A stretch of DNA of 64,000 nucleotides from an uncultured candidatus Porisulfidus sp. (GCA_965199755.1 CBDASZ010000001.1:512001-576000); one strand, 5' to 3'; shown: positions 11,467 through 21,039, counted from the stretch's first letter. The notes: generated by a model from the sequence alone, not told the origin. A program made the numbers and translations.

Positions 11467-13115
11467 GCAACATTCTGCAAGTACGCGATTTGCGGGTCAG
11501 TTTCGGTTCGGGCGAGTCGCGGGATGTCGCCGTCGACAATGTCAGTTTCACGGTGCCGCGGCAAGGCACCTTTGCACTGCTTGGCGAATCCGGCAGCGGC
11601 AAGTCGATTACGGCGCTCAGTCTGATGCGCCTGTTGCCAGAAGCGGCGACCATTGAATCTGGGCAGATATATTTGAACGATCAGGATCTGCTGGATCTGC
11701 CGGAAGCGCGGATGCGCGCCGTGCGCGGCGGGGCGATGGGCATGATCTTTCAGGAGCCGATGACCTCACTGAATCCGGTGATGACGGTCGGGAGCCAAAT
11801 CAGTGAATCCTTGCGCCGCCGCGGATTGTCGGAGCGGGCCGGGCGCGCGCGCGCACTGGAGCTGATGGAAGCAGTACGGGTCCCGGAGGCGAAGCGTCGC
11901 CTGCAGGAATATCCGCACCAGTTGTCAGGCGGCATGAAGCAGCGCGTGGTGATCGCGGCAGCGCTGGCAGGCGAGCCAGAATTGCTGATCGCGGATGAGC
12001 CGACTACCGCGCTGGATGTGACGATTCAGGCCCAGGTGCTACACCTGCTGCGCGAATTGCAACAAGAACTGGGTATGGCGATGCTGTTTATCACGCACGA
12101 TTTGGCGGTGGCGCGTGATATGGCGGATGAAGTCGCCATCATGCAGCAGGGGAAGATTGTGGAGGCGGCCTCGACCGCAGAATTTTTCGAGGTGCCGAAA
12201 CACCCGTACAGCCGTAACCTGTTTGCGGCATTGCCCGACATCTCCAAGCGCGGACAGAGATTGCATGGATTGGAGGAAGCGGCTCCCGACACTGCGGCAC
12301 CTGCCGAGACTTCGCCTGAACGATCTGACGCGCCCTTGCTGGAAGTCGAAGACCTGCGCGTACATTTTCCGATTCGCCGCGGTGTGTTTCGCCGTGTGGT
12401 AGGGCATGTCCCGGCGGTAGACGGCCTCTCGTTCCAGTTGTATGAAGGAGAGACGCTGGCTTTGGTTGGCGAATCCGGTTGCGGCAAGACGACCACCGGC
12501 AAAAGTCTGATTCGATTGTTGCCGGTGACCAGCGGGCGGGTGAGTTATCAGGGACGCGACATCAGCCAGTGCGCCCACGCGGAGATGCACGACTATCGTT
12601 CTGAGTTGCAGATCATCTTCCAGGACCCGTTCTCTTCACTGAATCCGCGCATGATGGTGGGTGACATCATTGAGGAAGGTATGCGCTCGCTGAATGTGCT
12701 CGACACGCAGGCCGAGCGCAGAGAATACATCGCCGACTTGCTGCAGCGTGTCGGCCTGAAGCCGGCGCATCAAAACCGTTATCCGCATGAGTTCTCCGGC
12801 GGGCAGCGCCAGCGCATTGCTATCGCGCGCGCACTGTCAGTCGAGCCCAGACTGGTCGTGTGTGATGAGCCGACCAGTGCTCTGGACGTCACCATTCAGG
12901 CGCAAATCCTGAATCTGCTGCAGGAAATTCAGGCGCAACACAACATCACCTATCTGTTCATCACGCATAACATCGCGGTGGTCTCCTGGATGGCGCATCG
13001 CATGGCGGTCATGCACGAAGGGCGCATTGTGGAGCAGGGCGAGACAGTGGAGGTGCTGCGCAACTCGCAGCACGAATACACGCGTGAATTGCTGGCGGCA
13101 GTGCCGCACCTGTAG
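11463..13115 (+). CDS. Peptide ABC transporter ATP-binding protein (fused double NBD)
   Basis: Two Walker A motifs (GESGSGKS, GESGCGKT), LSGGMKQR and FSGGQRQR, DEPT twice. Confidence 0.95.
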   Translation: MSNILQVRDLRVSFGSGESRDVAVDNVSFTVPRQGTFALLGESGSGKSITALSLMRLLPEAATIESGQIYLNDQDLLDLPEARMRAVRGGAMGMIFQEPMTSLNPVMTVGSQISESLRRRGLSERAGRARALELMEAVRVPEAKRRLQEYPHQLSGGMKQRVVIAAALAGEPELLIADEPTTALDVTIQAQVLHLLRELQQELGMAMLFITHDLAVARDMADEVAIMQQGKIVEAASTAEFFEVPKHPYSRNLFAALPDISKRGQRLHGLEEAAPDTAAPAETSPERSDAPLLEVEDLRVHFPIRRGVFRRVVGHVPAVDGLSFQLYEGETLALVGESGCGKTTTGKSLIRLLPVTSGRVSYQGRDISQCAHAEMHDYRSELQIIFQDPFSSLNPRMMVGDIIEEGMRSLNVLDTQAERREYIADLLQRVGLKPAHQNRYPHEFSGGQRQRIAIARALSVEPRLVVCDEPTSALDVTIQAQILNLLQEIQAQHNITYLFITHNIAVVSWMAHRMAVMHEGRIVEQGETVEVLRNSQHEYTRELLAAVPHL

Positions 13116-13117
13116 CG

Positions 13118-13564
13118 TCAGGACCGCTCGCGAGGCCGCCTGCGCCGCGGCTCGTGGCGGATCACCGCGTCAATGATTTCATCAAGCGGGATCTGATCCA
13201 TCCCACCAAACCGCTGTATCGCCGTATCCATTACGGTGGCGACGTCTGGCGGTGTTGACGGCGCATCCAGCAAGGTAGCAAGGCCGTGGATGCCGCCGGA
13301 TTGGACTTTGGCTTCCAGACGATGCGGTAGCGCGTCTGGATCACTGGCGGCCAGTGCGAAACGCGCGACATGGCGCAAGTGGTGGAGCCAATCGGCGCAG
13401 CGTGTGCAGGCGTCCGCCTCATTGCAGCGCACGCCTTCCCGGTCTGCCAGATTGAAGCGCTGCATGTGGCGGCAGTGACTGGCGCGTGCGTTGATGGATT
13501 TCTCGAAGTGGCAGCGGCGCGGGTTGATGCGGTGGTACGTGTCGCGGTACTGAATCTCGTCCAT
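13118..13564 (-). CDS. Cys-containing hypothetical protein
   Basis: ATG at MDEIQYRD; spaced Cys residues; third gene of a minus-strand run. Confidence 0.65.
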   Translation of the reverse strand: MDEIQYRDTYHRINPRRCHFEKSINARASHCRHMQRFNLADREGVRCNEADACTRCADWLHHLRHVARFALAASDPDALPHRLEAKVQSGGIHGLATLLDAPSTPPDVATVMDTAIQRFGGMDQIPLDEIIDAVIRHEPRRRRPRERS

Positions 13565-13575
13565 TAGGGTGCGAC

Positions 13576-14694
13576 TCAACTTTTGGTGGTGACGCGAAAC
13601 ACGCCTTCGCGCGTTTCGGCTTCTTTAGCAATTTCCTCTTCAATATGGGTGGCGTAATGATGAATGGTGACGCCGTCTTGCAGGCACTGCGCGACGCGGC
13701 TCGAGTAAAACTTAATCTCTTGTCCCACGCTGCCCTCAGCGAGGGGGCGTTCCACTTCAGGCGTCTCGATATACAGGCCGCCGGGCTTCAATTGCGGCAG
13801 GAGGGGATTGTCAGAGTTCGCGGAGCAGTTGATGAGCACGTCGAAGTGCTCGGACATATTTTTCATAAGTTCGAGCGTGCCGTGATCGCGAGTGCCGCAG
13901 GCCAGATAAAGCACGAGCAATTTCTCATCGGCCTCCAGACTGCCAATGGCGGTGGCGTGTGTGACGCGCATGTAGAGGCTGTACAGGCATTCCGCCGCCA
14001 GCAGGCCGGCGTCTTCGCCGAACACGCCCAGACGCACCGGACGTTTTCTGCCGAAATGGTCACGAATGATTTGCTCAATGCAGGCTTGACGCTGTGCGAC
14101 GCGCCAGAAGCGCTGGATCTCGCCCAGCCACCGCGCCCGCGCGTGATCCACGTGCTCTCCAAAAGCCGCACCTAGCGCGGACCGAGGCTGCTCCCGGAAG
14201 AGCCAGCGGGCAATGCTGGGGATGACCGGCGGCCAGCGTCTGCCGACCCGCATCGACATGACGCCATCGTTTTCGGCCCAGATATTGCTGATGCCGGTGA
14301 AGCGTGTGCGGCTACGGAAGATGTTCTCCAGAGCTGTGCGGCACCACAGGCCTTTATCCAGCGCCTGCACTTCCGGGTAGACCGGCAGGATCACCGCGCC
14401 GTCGGGCCGGATGATCTCAAGCAGATAGCGCAGGGTCGCGGCACCGAAATTATTTGCGTAGAGCGGGAAGCTGATGCCGATGAAAATCCGATCCAGAGAA
14501 TGCGCGGCGAACGGGAAGAACACATTCCCGACCGCATCCTTCCCCGGATCTTCCGTCAGCAACTCTGAAGAGGGCGTCAGGCTGCGGATGTCATCACTGG
14601 GACGAATCTGGTTGTGCTTGTCGCGCTGTTCGCTGAAGTAATACTCCAGATCGACTTCAATGTCGGCCTCGCTGCGGTGAAATGCGAAATCCAT
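13576..14694 (-). CDS. Hypothetical protein with weak methyltransferase-like segments
   Basis: 372 aa ORF; FPFAAHSLDRI...IIRPDGAVIL and HFDVLI...LKPGGLYI resemble class I MTase motifs. Confidence 0.6.
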   Translation of the reverse strand: MDFAFHRSEADIEVDLEYYFSEQRDKHNQIRPSDDIRSLTPSSELLTEDPGKDAVGNVFFPFAAHSLDRIFIGISFPLYANNFGAATLRYLLEIIRPDGAVILPVYPEVQALDKGLWCRTALENIFRSRTRFTGISNIWAENDGVMSMRVGRRWPPVIPSIARWLFREQPRSALGAAFGEHVDHARARWLGEIQRFWRVAQRQACIEQIIRDHFGRKRPVRLGVFGEDAGLLAAECLYSLYMRVTHATAIGSLEADEKLLVLYLACGTRDHGTLELMKNMSEHFDVLINCSANSDNPLLPQLKPGGLYIETPEVERPLAEGSVGQEIKFYSSRVAQCLQDGVTIHHYATHIEEEIAKEAETREGVFRVTTKS

Positions 14695-14702
14695 ACGCGC
14701 CT

Positions 14703-15155
14703 CTACAACACCAGAATATCAGGTCGCTCATAGTGATCCTGAACGTACTGCGCAAGTTCACTCAGTGAGCCATCGTCCGTATCGCGGGTGCGTTGTCGCA
14801 TTTGCGCCGCAGTGGAAGAAGTATCTTCCAGTAATCCGTCGCAACGAGTCAGCACTTCGGTCGCCTCACGGCGGTAGATCTCCTCGAACACCTCGGCGAC
14901 GACGCGCGCGACAATGTTCTCACGAGTGACGCCCATCACATTGCAGACGCGCTCCACTGCGCCGATCAGACTGCCGTTGATGGTGTCGTCTTGCTGCATG
15001 GTCACCGGCACATTGCCCAGATCATCCTGCACATCCCGCAGACACGGCATGATCAGACCCAGCGCGCGCTGGCGCGCTTTCAGACTTCGCGGTTTGAGAA
15101 ACTCCATGATGCTTGATATGAGGGATGCCAATTCCTGTGCGGTGTCGGAAAACAT
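14703..15155 (-). CDS. Hypothetical protein
   Basis: 150 aa ORF, 8 nt from the next gene, fills the gap. Confidence 0.6.
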   Translation of the reverse strand: MFSDTAQELASLISSIMEFLKPRSLKARQRALGLIMPCLRDVQDDLGNVPVTMQQDDTINGSLIGAVERVCNVMGVTRENIVARVVAEVFEEIYRREATEVLTRCDGLLEDTSSTAAQMRQRTRDTDDGSLSELAQYVQDHYERPDILVL

Positions 15156-15234
15156 TTTACTCGCCGGCTAACTGGTATAATTCGCCTCCACGAGTGATGG
15201 TGCTCGCACCCCTACAGTTCACCAGTAAAGACGG

Positions 15235-15555
15235 ATGCACGGACGCAAGATTTTTCCGCTCTTCACCTTAATAATCGCGCTGATCCCTGCCGCTGCTGTG
15301 GCGGATGACGCGATAGAGCGTGGCCGGGTTCAAGCCGCGACCTGTTTGGGATGCCATGGGGTGCCCAGTTACACGAATGTCTACCCCAGTTATCACGTGC
15401 CGAAACTTGGCGGGCAGCATGCTGAATACATCAAGCTGGCTCTGAAGGCTTATCGTTCCGGTGAGCGCCAGCATCCGACCATGCGCGCGCATGCGGTGCG
15501 GATGAGCGACGAGCAAATTGACGACATCGCCGCGTATCTGGCGTCCCTCAAATGA
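15235..15555 (+). CDS. Monoheme cytochrome c (c553/c4-like)
   Basis: Signal peptide, CLGCH, PKLGGQHAEY, axial Met. Confidence 0.92.
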   Translation: MHGRKIFPLFTLIIALIPAAAVADDAIERGRVQAATCLGCHGVPSYTNVYPSYHVPKLGGQHAEYIKLALKAYRSGERQHPTMRAHAVRMSDEQIDDIAAYLASLK

Positions 15556-15908
15556 ACCCTCGCGCAACCTGGCTTTGGCTGCCGGCGGTCCTCGGCCTGT
15601 TACTGGCCCCGACTTCGCTGCTGGCAGGTGATTCGGTACGCGGGCAGGAGAAATCCATGAGTTGTCAGGCGTGCCATGGCCCGGATGGCAACAGCCCGGT
15701 GCCGACATTTCCGATTCTGGCGGGTCAGCATCGGGACTACTTGCTTCAAACCTTGCGCGACTACAAGTCCGGCGCGCGCGCCAACCCGATCATGAAGGCG
15801 ATCGTGGATCCCCTGTCTGATGAGGACATGGAGGATCTGGCGGCGTTTTACGCGAGCCAGAAAGGATTGCGCAAGATTGACGCAGGGCGTCTGAAAGAAA
15901 TTCCCTGA
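15552..15908 (+). CDS. Monoheme cytochrome c (c553/c4-like)
   Basis: Signal peptide, CQACH, PILAGQHRDY, NPIM; ATGA overlap with previous gene. Confidence 0.92.
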   Translation: MNPRATWLWLPAVLGLLLAPTSLLAGDSVRGQEKSMSCQACHGPDGNSPVPTFPILAGQHRDYLLQTLRDYKSGARANPIMKAIVDPLSDEDMEDLAAFYASQKGLRKIDAGRLKEIP

Positions 15909-15941
15909 AACTCGTCCGGGCGCAGGGGCACCACATAAACC

Positions 15942-16172
15942 TTAGTCGGCTTCCTGCGGTGTCAGAGGGCGGATGCTGAGTGCGTGCAGCGAGCCGTCCG
16001 CGATATGTGCCGCGACGCTGCGATAGACCATCTGGTGGCGCTTCACCGCGCTGACTCCTTCAAAACTGTCACTGATTACCGTGGCCTCAAACTTTCCTTC
16101 GCCGCCGGTGACCGTGACCTGCGCGTCGGGCAAAGCGGCTTCGATGAGGTTCTGAATCTGCGCTGTGTCCAT
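15942..16172 (-). CDS. BolA/IbaG family protein
   Basis: ISDSFEG, RHQMVY, LHALSI motifs. Confidence 0.9.
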   Translation of the reverse strand: MDTAQIQNLIEAALPDAQVTVTGGEGKFEATVISDSFEGVSAVKRHQMVYRSVAAHIADGSLHALSIRPLTPQEAD

Positions 16173-16345
16173 AAATGTGTCCTGTGTGGATTGGTGGTGT
16201 ATGATAGCCAATCGCAGACTGAAGGTCGTTTTGGCCTCCTGTTCTACACCAGTGGGCGCATGTCCCAAAAATGGAAATTTTGAAAATTAACGTGCTATAC
16301 TCCCACCCAATGACAATTCATTTTCCGAACTAAAGGAGGAAAATT

Positions 16346-16954
16346 ATGGCCTCGGACAACTGGAGCCTTAAAGGCAATTATTTTGAATCGTGCACCTGCG
16401 ATCTCATCTGTCCCTGCATTACATTGCAACCGCCAACCACGGGCACCTGCACGGCGCTTTTGGGCTGGCATATTGATGAAGGAAATCTGGATGACACCGA
16501 TCTGAGCAACCTGGATGTGGCCATGTTCCTAGAGGCACCGGGCCTGCTGACGGAAGGCAACTTCAGGGTCGCGCTGTACGTTGATTCAAGCGCGAGTGAG
16601 GCGCAAGTGCAAGCCATTTCAGAACTGTACGGCGGTCAGCACGGCGGCCATCTCGGTGTGGTGGCAAGCCTGGTAGGCGAGGTCGTCAGCGTTAAGCAAG
16701 CGCCGATCGACTATCAGATTAACGGCAAGACCCGCAGCCTCAAAGTCGGCGATGTCGGCTCCAGCGAAGTGGTGGAAGTGGAAGGCGCGGATGGCGGCCC
16801 GGTGACGGTCTCGAACCCGCCGCTGGCGATCGCTCCGGGACATGACATCACGATCAGCAACACGGTGAAAGTGACCTATAACGACAACGGGATTTCGCAC
16901 GAACATGGGCCGAATACCGTCAGTCTGGCGTCTGACTTCACCTACGGACCTTAA
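16346..16954 (+). CDS. DUF1326 family protein
   Basis: W.LKGNYFESCTCDLICPC...C...WHIDEG pattern; AAGGAGG RBS. Confidence 0.8.
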   Translation: MASDNWSLKGNYFESCTCDLICPCITLQPPTTGTCTALLGWHIDEGNLDDTDLSNLDVAMFLEAPGLLTEGNFRVALYVDSSASEAQVQAISELYGGQHGGHLGVVASLVGEVVSVKQAPIDYQINGKTRSLKVGDVGSSEVVEVEGADGGPVTVSNPPLAIAPGHDITISNTVKVTYNDNGISHEHGPNTVSLASDFTYGP

Positions 16955-16982
16955 ACGCTTTTAGGTTCCATTCTTTCCTTAT

Positions 16983-17011
16983 CGAGGCCGCCTGTGCGCG
17001 GCCTCGTTTTT
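16983..17011 (+). terminator. Intrinsic terminator
   Basis: CGAGGCCGC/GCGGCCTCG 9 bp stem followed by TTTTT. Confidence 0.75.
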
Positions 17012-17036
17012 GCGTCGCAGGCATTCAGGCCAGCAC

Positions 17037-17621
17037 ATGCAAAACGACATTCATCTGTTAACACGCAATCCGCTGCGACCGCCGTATCCGAGGCATATGC
17101 AGGTGGCGGACTTTGCCATGGGCTGCTTTTGGGGCGTAGAGAAGCTCTTCTGGACCCAGCCGGGCGTGTGGACGACCGCGGTCGGTTACGCCGCCGGCAC
17201 CACCGTAGATCCCAGTTATGAGCAAGTGTGCACCGGTCGCACCGGACACACCGAGGCGGTGCGCGTGGTGTTCGATCCTTCGGTGATTGGCTACGCTGAT
17301 TTGTTGGTGTGTTTCTGGGAGGGGCATGACCCAACCCAAGGCATGCGTCAAGGCAACGACATTGGTACGCAATACCGTTCGGGTGTGTACTACGCCGGTG
17401 ACGCGCAACAGGCATTGGCGGAACGCAGCCAAGCCCTCTATCAGCAGGCACTGGAGCAAGCCGGCATGGGTGTTATCACCACTGAAGTGGCCGCCGCGCA
17501 GACGTTCTATTTCGCGGAGACGTATCATCAGCAATACCTGGCCAAGAACCCAACAGGCTACTGTGGCCTGCAAGGCACAGGCGTGGTGTTTCCGCGGGCA
17601 TCTCTGAGGGCGGCTGCGTGA
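17037..17621 (+). CDS. msrA: Peptide-methionine (S)-S-oxide reductase
   Basis: [28 protein letters not shown]; start could also be 17097. Confidence 0.95.
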   Translation: MQNDIHLLTRNPLRPPYPRHMQVADFAMGCFWGVEKLFWTQPGVWTTAVGYAAGTTVDPSYEQVCTGRTGHTEAVRVVFDPSVIGYADLLVCFWEGHDPTQGMRQGNDIGTQYRSGVYYAGDAQQALAERSQALYQQALEQAGMGVITTEVAAAQTFYFAETYHQQYLAKNPTGYCGLQGTGVVFPRASLRAAA

Positions 17622-18031
17622 GACTGCGGCGGCATTTCTGTCAGTGGACGGCGCTGTGCGCCGCACTGCTCATACTGCATGCGCCGAGCGCGGCGCGGGA
17701 TGCGGAAGGGCAGTACAAGGCGCAGGGTCTGGGACTGGATGCCTGTTCAAGTTTTCTGGGCACGCCGGAGAGTAAGCGCGCCCTGTATTACAGCTGGCTC
17801 GCAGGCTACTTGACCGCCTACAACTATCTGGTCAAGGACACGTACAGTATTGCCGAGTATTTCGGTTTGGCGCGCACCAATGAATGGCTTGGAAATTACT
17901 GCGAGGACAATCCAGACCACTTGCTGCACCAAGCGGCGCGGCAGTTTGTGACGGAGTTGTATCGGGTGCGGTTGAAGCGCAAGCTCGATCGTGATGACGA
18001 GGCGCGTTTTCAATATTATACCCCCCGGTAA
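17618..18031 (+). CDS. Small secreted two-Cys protein (HdeA/Rap1a-like pattern)
   Basis: Signal peptide; C-SSFL...[10 protein letters not shown]...YCEDNP. Confidence 0.6.
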   Translation: MRLRRHFCQWTALCAALLILHAPSAARDAEGQYKAQGLGLDACSSFLGTPESKRALYYSWLAGYLTAYNYLVKDTYSIAEYFGLARTNEWLGNYCEDNPDHLLHQAARQFVTELYRVRLKRKLDRDDEARFQYYTPR

Positions 18032-18361
18032 AAAGTAGGAAATTTTCCTCAAAACTGCCCGAAAACCATCCAAAATGGGGATGAAACCACCAAACTCATC
18101 CTCTCCCATCTGCTGATAAAGGCTCAAAAAGACCTGTTTTCGAGCCGTCTTGTGAGTAACTTTTCTTTTGTGAATCAATAGTATCGAGTAAAAACATAGT
18201 AAATGGTCGGGAAATTCAGACCATTTTTTGTGGATTAATTCTCACGGCACCCCAAGATTGACCTCCACGGCGCGCCATTCCAATGGAACGGAGGGTGTGT
18301 CGTAGGGATCGCCCTTACTTTCCGGGCGGTCCCTGGTTCCTATCACAAGTGGAGGCAGGGT

Positions 18362-18769
18362 ATGCGACAAGTGGGTTGGGTGGTTGCTCCACTGCTGGCG
18401 ATTGTGCTGGCAGGCTGCGGTCATTCTCGTGCGATGGTCGCCGAAACTTATCAGGTTCCATCCGACCCACGGAATCGAGTCATGGACTCTGCCTTCCCTT
18501 CCTTGCTAAGCGCCAATTATCTGTTGCGCCCGGATGGCGGTGAGCGTCGGGTGCTGCGCCAGTTGATGCACGAGATGCAGCAGGCGCGCCACTTGATTGA
18601 CGAGGCGCACGCCCGTCGCGACGCGCAGGCGCGCGTGCGCGTGGATTACGCGCGACTGGCGCTGGAGTTCGATCAGATTCTTTTGGGCCTGCGGCGCACC
18701 CTGAGCGCTACCGAAACCACGCCCCGGGAGGCTTCGGGCATCAGCGGGGAGTATCGGCTGTATGAGTGA
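18362..18769 (+). CDS. RAQPRD-family ICE protein
   Basis: RVRVDYARL...PREASGISGEY resembles the family C-terminus; first gene of module; lipobox LAGC. Confidence 0.75.
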   Translation: MRQVGWVVAPLLAIVLAGCGHSRAMVAETYQVPSDPRNRVMDSAFPSLLSANYLLRPDGGERRVLRQLMHEMQQARHLIDEAHARRDAQARVRVDYARLALEFDQILLGLRRTLSATETTPREASGISGEYRLYE

Positions 18770-18998
18770 GTTGCGCGACCAGTTTGATGTGACTTCCGGG
18801 ATTTCGGGCGAGGTGCTGGCGGAGTTGATCGCGGCGGCCTGCCTGTTGACGGTTACGCTGTGGGTGTCTTGGGTCGCGTTGTCCAGCTTGCGGCAATTGC
18901 GCGACGACGATTTGACGGTCGGCGATGTGGCGAGCCGGGTGTTGTGGTTGGGCCTGATGTTCTTTCTGGTGGTCGCCCTGATTGCTTTTGCGGAGTAG
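18762..18998 (+). CDS. ICE membrane protein, TIGR03758/DUF3262-like
   Basis: 78 aa, F..TSG N-terminus, two TM helices, position after RAQPRD. Confidence 0.65.
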   Translation: MSELRDQFDVTSGISGEVLAELIAAACLLTVTLWVSWVALSSLRQLRDDDLTVGDVASRVLWLGLMFFLVVALIAFAE

Positions 18999-19002
18999 TT
19001 CA

Positions 19003-19356
19003 ATGAAACACATACGATTGGTTGCGGTGCTATTGTGCCTTGCCGTGTATCCCGACTGGGGCGGGGCGGTCAACACACTGGATCTTCCGGTCTTCGACGG
19101 GGTCGCCGCGGATGCGTCCGACCCGTTCGCGTTTATCAAGACGGTGGTGATCACCGGCATGGCGCTGATGATCGGCTTTTTGCTGGTCGGTGCTTTTCTC
19201 GGCTATGGCGGTGGTCTGCTCGCGAAGCTCAATCAGGCGCGCCTCAAGGGAGACTGGGGCAGTCTGGGTGTGTATCTGGGAGTTGGTTTGCTAATCATCA
19301 TCATTATCGCCCTGATGGGATACATGGGCGGGCAGATACTTACGAGTTTCGAGTGA
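19003..19356 (+). CDS. ICE membrane protein, TIGR03745/DUF2976-like (putative pilin)
   Basis: Signal peptide, two hydrophobic helices flanking KGDWGSLG; position in module. Confidence 0.65.
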   Translation: MKHIRLVAVLLCLAVYPDWGGAVNTLDLPVFDGVAADASDPFAFIKTVVITGMALMIGFLLVGAFLGYGGGLLAKLNQARLKGDWGSLGVYLGVGLLIIIIIALMGYMGGQILTSFE

Positions 19357-19676
19357 TGCGCCCGGCCTGCACTTTAGGTTTTGAGCCGCCCATGTTCCGC
19401 GGCTTAACTGGTACGGAATTGACCGCGACCGTAGTACTGTCTTTGGTGCCGGGCGTATTGCTGGCGGGTGTGGTGACGTTATGGACGGGATCCTTGCTGT
19501 GGATCCTGCCAGTGCTGGTGGCGGTAGCGTTCATCACCGTGCTGTGCGCCGGAACCGTGTTGCGGCGACTGAAGCGCAATCGCCCGCCGAACTGGCACAT
19601 GCAATGTCTAGCGCGCTATTGGGTGCGCCCGGCGGCGCTGATCTGTCGCTCCGGTGTTTGGAGGGTGGAGCGATGA
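19356..19676 (+). CDS. ICE protein, TIGR03750/DUF3487-like
   Basis: EPPMFRGLTGTEL, two TM helices, RRLKRNRP, SGVW end. Confidence 0.8.
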   Translation: MRPACTLGFEPPMFRGLTGTELTATVVLSLVPGVLLAGVVTLWTGSLLWILPVLVAVAFITVLCAGTVLRRLKRNRPPNWHMQCLARYWVRPAALICRSGVWRVER

Positions 19677-20305
19677 CTCCGAAGGCGTTTCGGGATGAAG
19701 AGCTCAATCGGCGTCGCTATGTGCGCCTGCTGCATGCCGGGGTGTTGTTTCTGATGGTGTCGCAATGTGTCGCCTATGCGGGATGGTGGCACGCCACCGG
19801 GACGCAGCGTCTGAGTTTGCCGCCGCAATTGCGTTATGGAGCCACGCTGAATGCCGGCGAGGTGCATCCGTGGGAGGTCTATGTTTTTGCCGGATACATT
19901 CACCAGCAACTCAATTACTGGACTGTCGATGGCGCTTCGGACAATGCGCACAACATTCAGCGCCTGGCAGCATTTCTGAGCCCAGATTATCAGCGCTGGC
20001 TACGGCGCGAACACGCGCGTCATGAATCCCGCTTCCAAAATCGCCAGCGCCATCTGAGCGCGGTCGCCGGCAGTTACTCGAATGCTTCCGTAATCTCTGT
20101 CGGCCAAGACCTCTGGCGGGTCACGCTGGACGTGCGCCTGCGCGATTATCTGGAAGACCATCTGTATAAGGATATCGATGTGCGCTACTTTCTGGAAGTG
20201 GTGGCGCTGCATGCCGACCCTGAAACCAACGAATGGGGATTGGTGCTGCACCGTCAATTTCAGGCCCCGGTTCGCTTGCGCTCCCACTTGTCGCCGCAGG
20301 AATGA
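19673..20305 (+). CDS. ICE protein, PFL_4703/TIGR03746/DUF2895-like
   Basis: TM then PPQLRYG, VYVFAGYIHQQLNYWTVDG, DPETNEWGL. Confidence 0.85.
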   Translation: MTPKAFRDEELNRRRYVRLLHAGVLFLMVSQCVAYAGWWHATGTQRLSLPPQLRYGATLNAGEVHPWEVYVFAGYIHQQLNYWTVDGASDNAHNIQRLAAFLSPDYQRWLRREHARHESRFQNRQRHLSAVAGSYSNASVISVGQDLWRVTLDVRLRDYLEDHLYKDIDVRYFLEVVALHADPETNEWGLVLHRQFQAPVRLRSHLSPQE

Positions 20306-21039
20306 AAGCCTTCTCGTTCCTGTCCCTCGCATTAATTGCGACAGTGGCGAGCGCAAGTTTTAGCGAGCCTTACCCGGTGTTGCTGCCAGTTGGGCAAGAA
20401 CGCAGGCTGGAGATTGAAGGCGCGCGCGAGATCCGAGTGGGCGTGCCGCAGACCCTGCAGAAACAATTGCGCGTTGAGAGCGCGGGCGCTTTTGTGTGGC
20501 TGACGGCGGCGCAAGAGTTGACGCCGCAGCGACTGTATCTGGAGACCGATGCCGGCTCTCTCATATTGGAAGTGCGCACAGATGCGCAGGTCGCCGCGAC
20601 ACCGCTGCGCATCAACCCGGAAGGAGGCACACCCCACGCGGTCACCGCACCCGAAGTCGGTTACGTAGCGCTGACGCGCTACGCGGTGCAGTCACTCTAT
20701 GCGCCTGAAGCGCACATTGAGCCGATTCCCGGCATTCGTCCCGCGCCGGCCCCTCGCGACCCAGTGGCCTTGTTCCGCTGTCGCGCCCCGTATCCGTCTG
20801 CCTGCGGCGATGCGGTGGAAGCGTTGCCGCACAGCGCCTGGAAGTTCGGCCCGCATTATCTGATCGCGCTGACCGTGCGCAACCAGTTGGCGCAGCCGCT
20901 GCAACTGGACCCGCGCGATGTGCGCGGGCGCATTGTCACCTCCAGCATCGTGCATCCGCAGCTGGGGGCGGCGGGCAGTCCGCAGGACACGACGGCTGTG
21001 ATTTTGATCTCATCGGTGCCGCCTGAGCATGTCTGGTGA
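20302..21039 (+). CDS. ICE protein, PFL_4704/TIGR03749/DUF3438-like
   Basis: LPVGQERR, VALTRYAVQSLYAP, LDPRDVRG, HPQLGAAGSPQDTT. Confidence 0.85.
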   Translation: MKAFSFLSLALIATVASASFSEPYPVLLPVGQERRLEIEGAREIRVGVPQTLQKQLRVESAGAFVWLTAAQELTPQRLYLETDAGSLILEVRTDAQVAATPLRINPEGGTPHAVTAPEVGYVALTRYAVQSLYAPEAHIEPIPGIRPAPAPRDPVALFRCRAPYPSACGDAVEALPHSAWKFGPHYLIALTVRNQLAQPLQLDPRDVRGRIVTSSIVHPQLGAAGSPQDTTAVILISSVPPEHVW

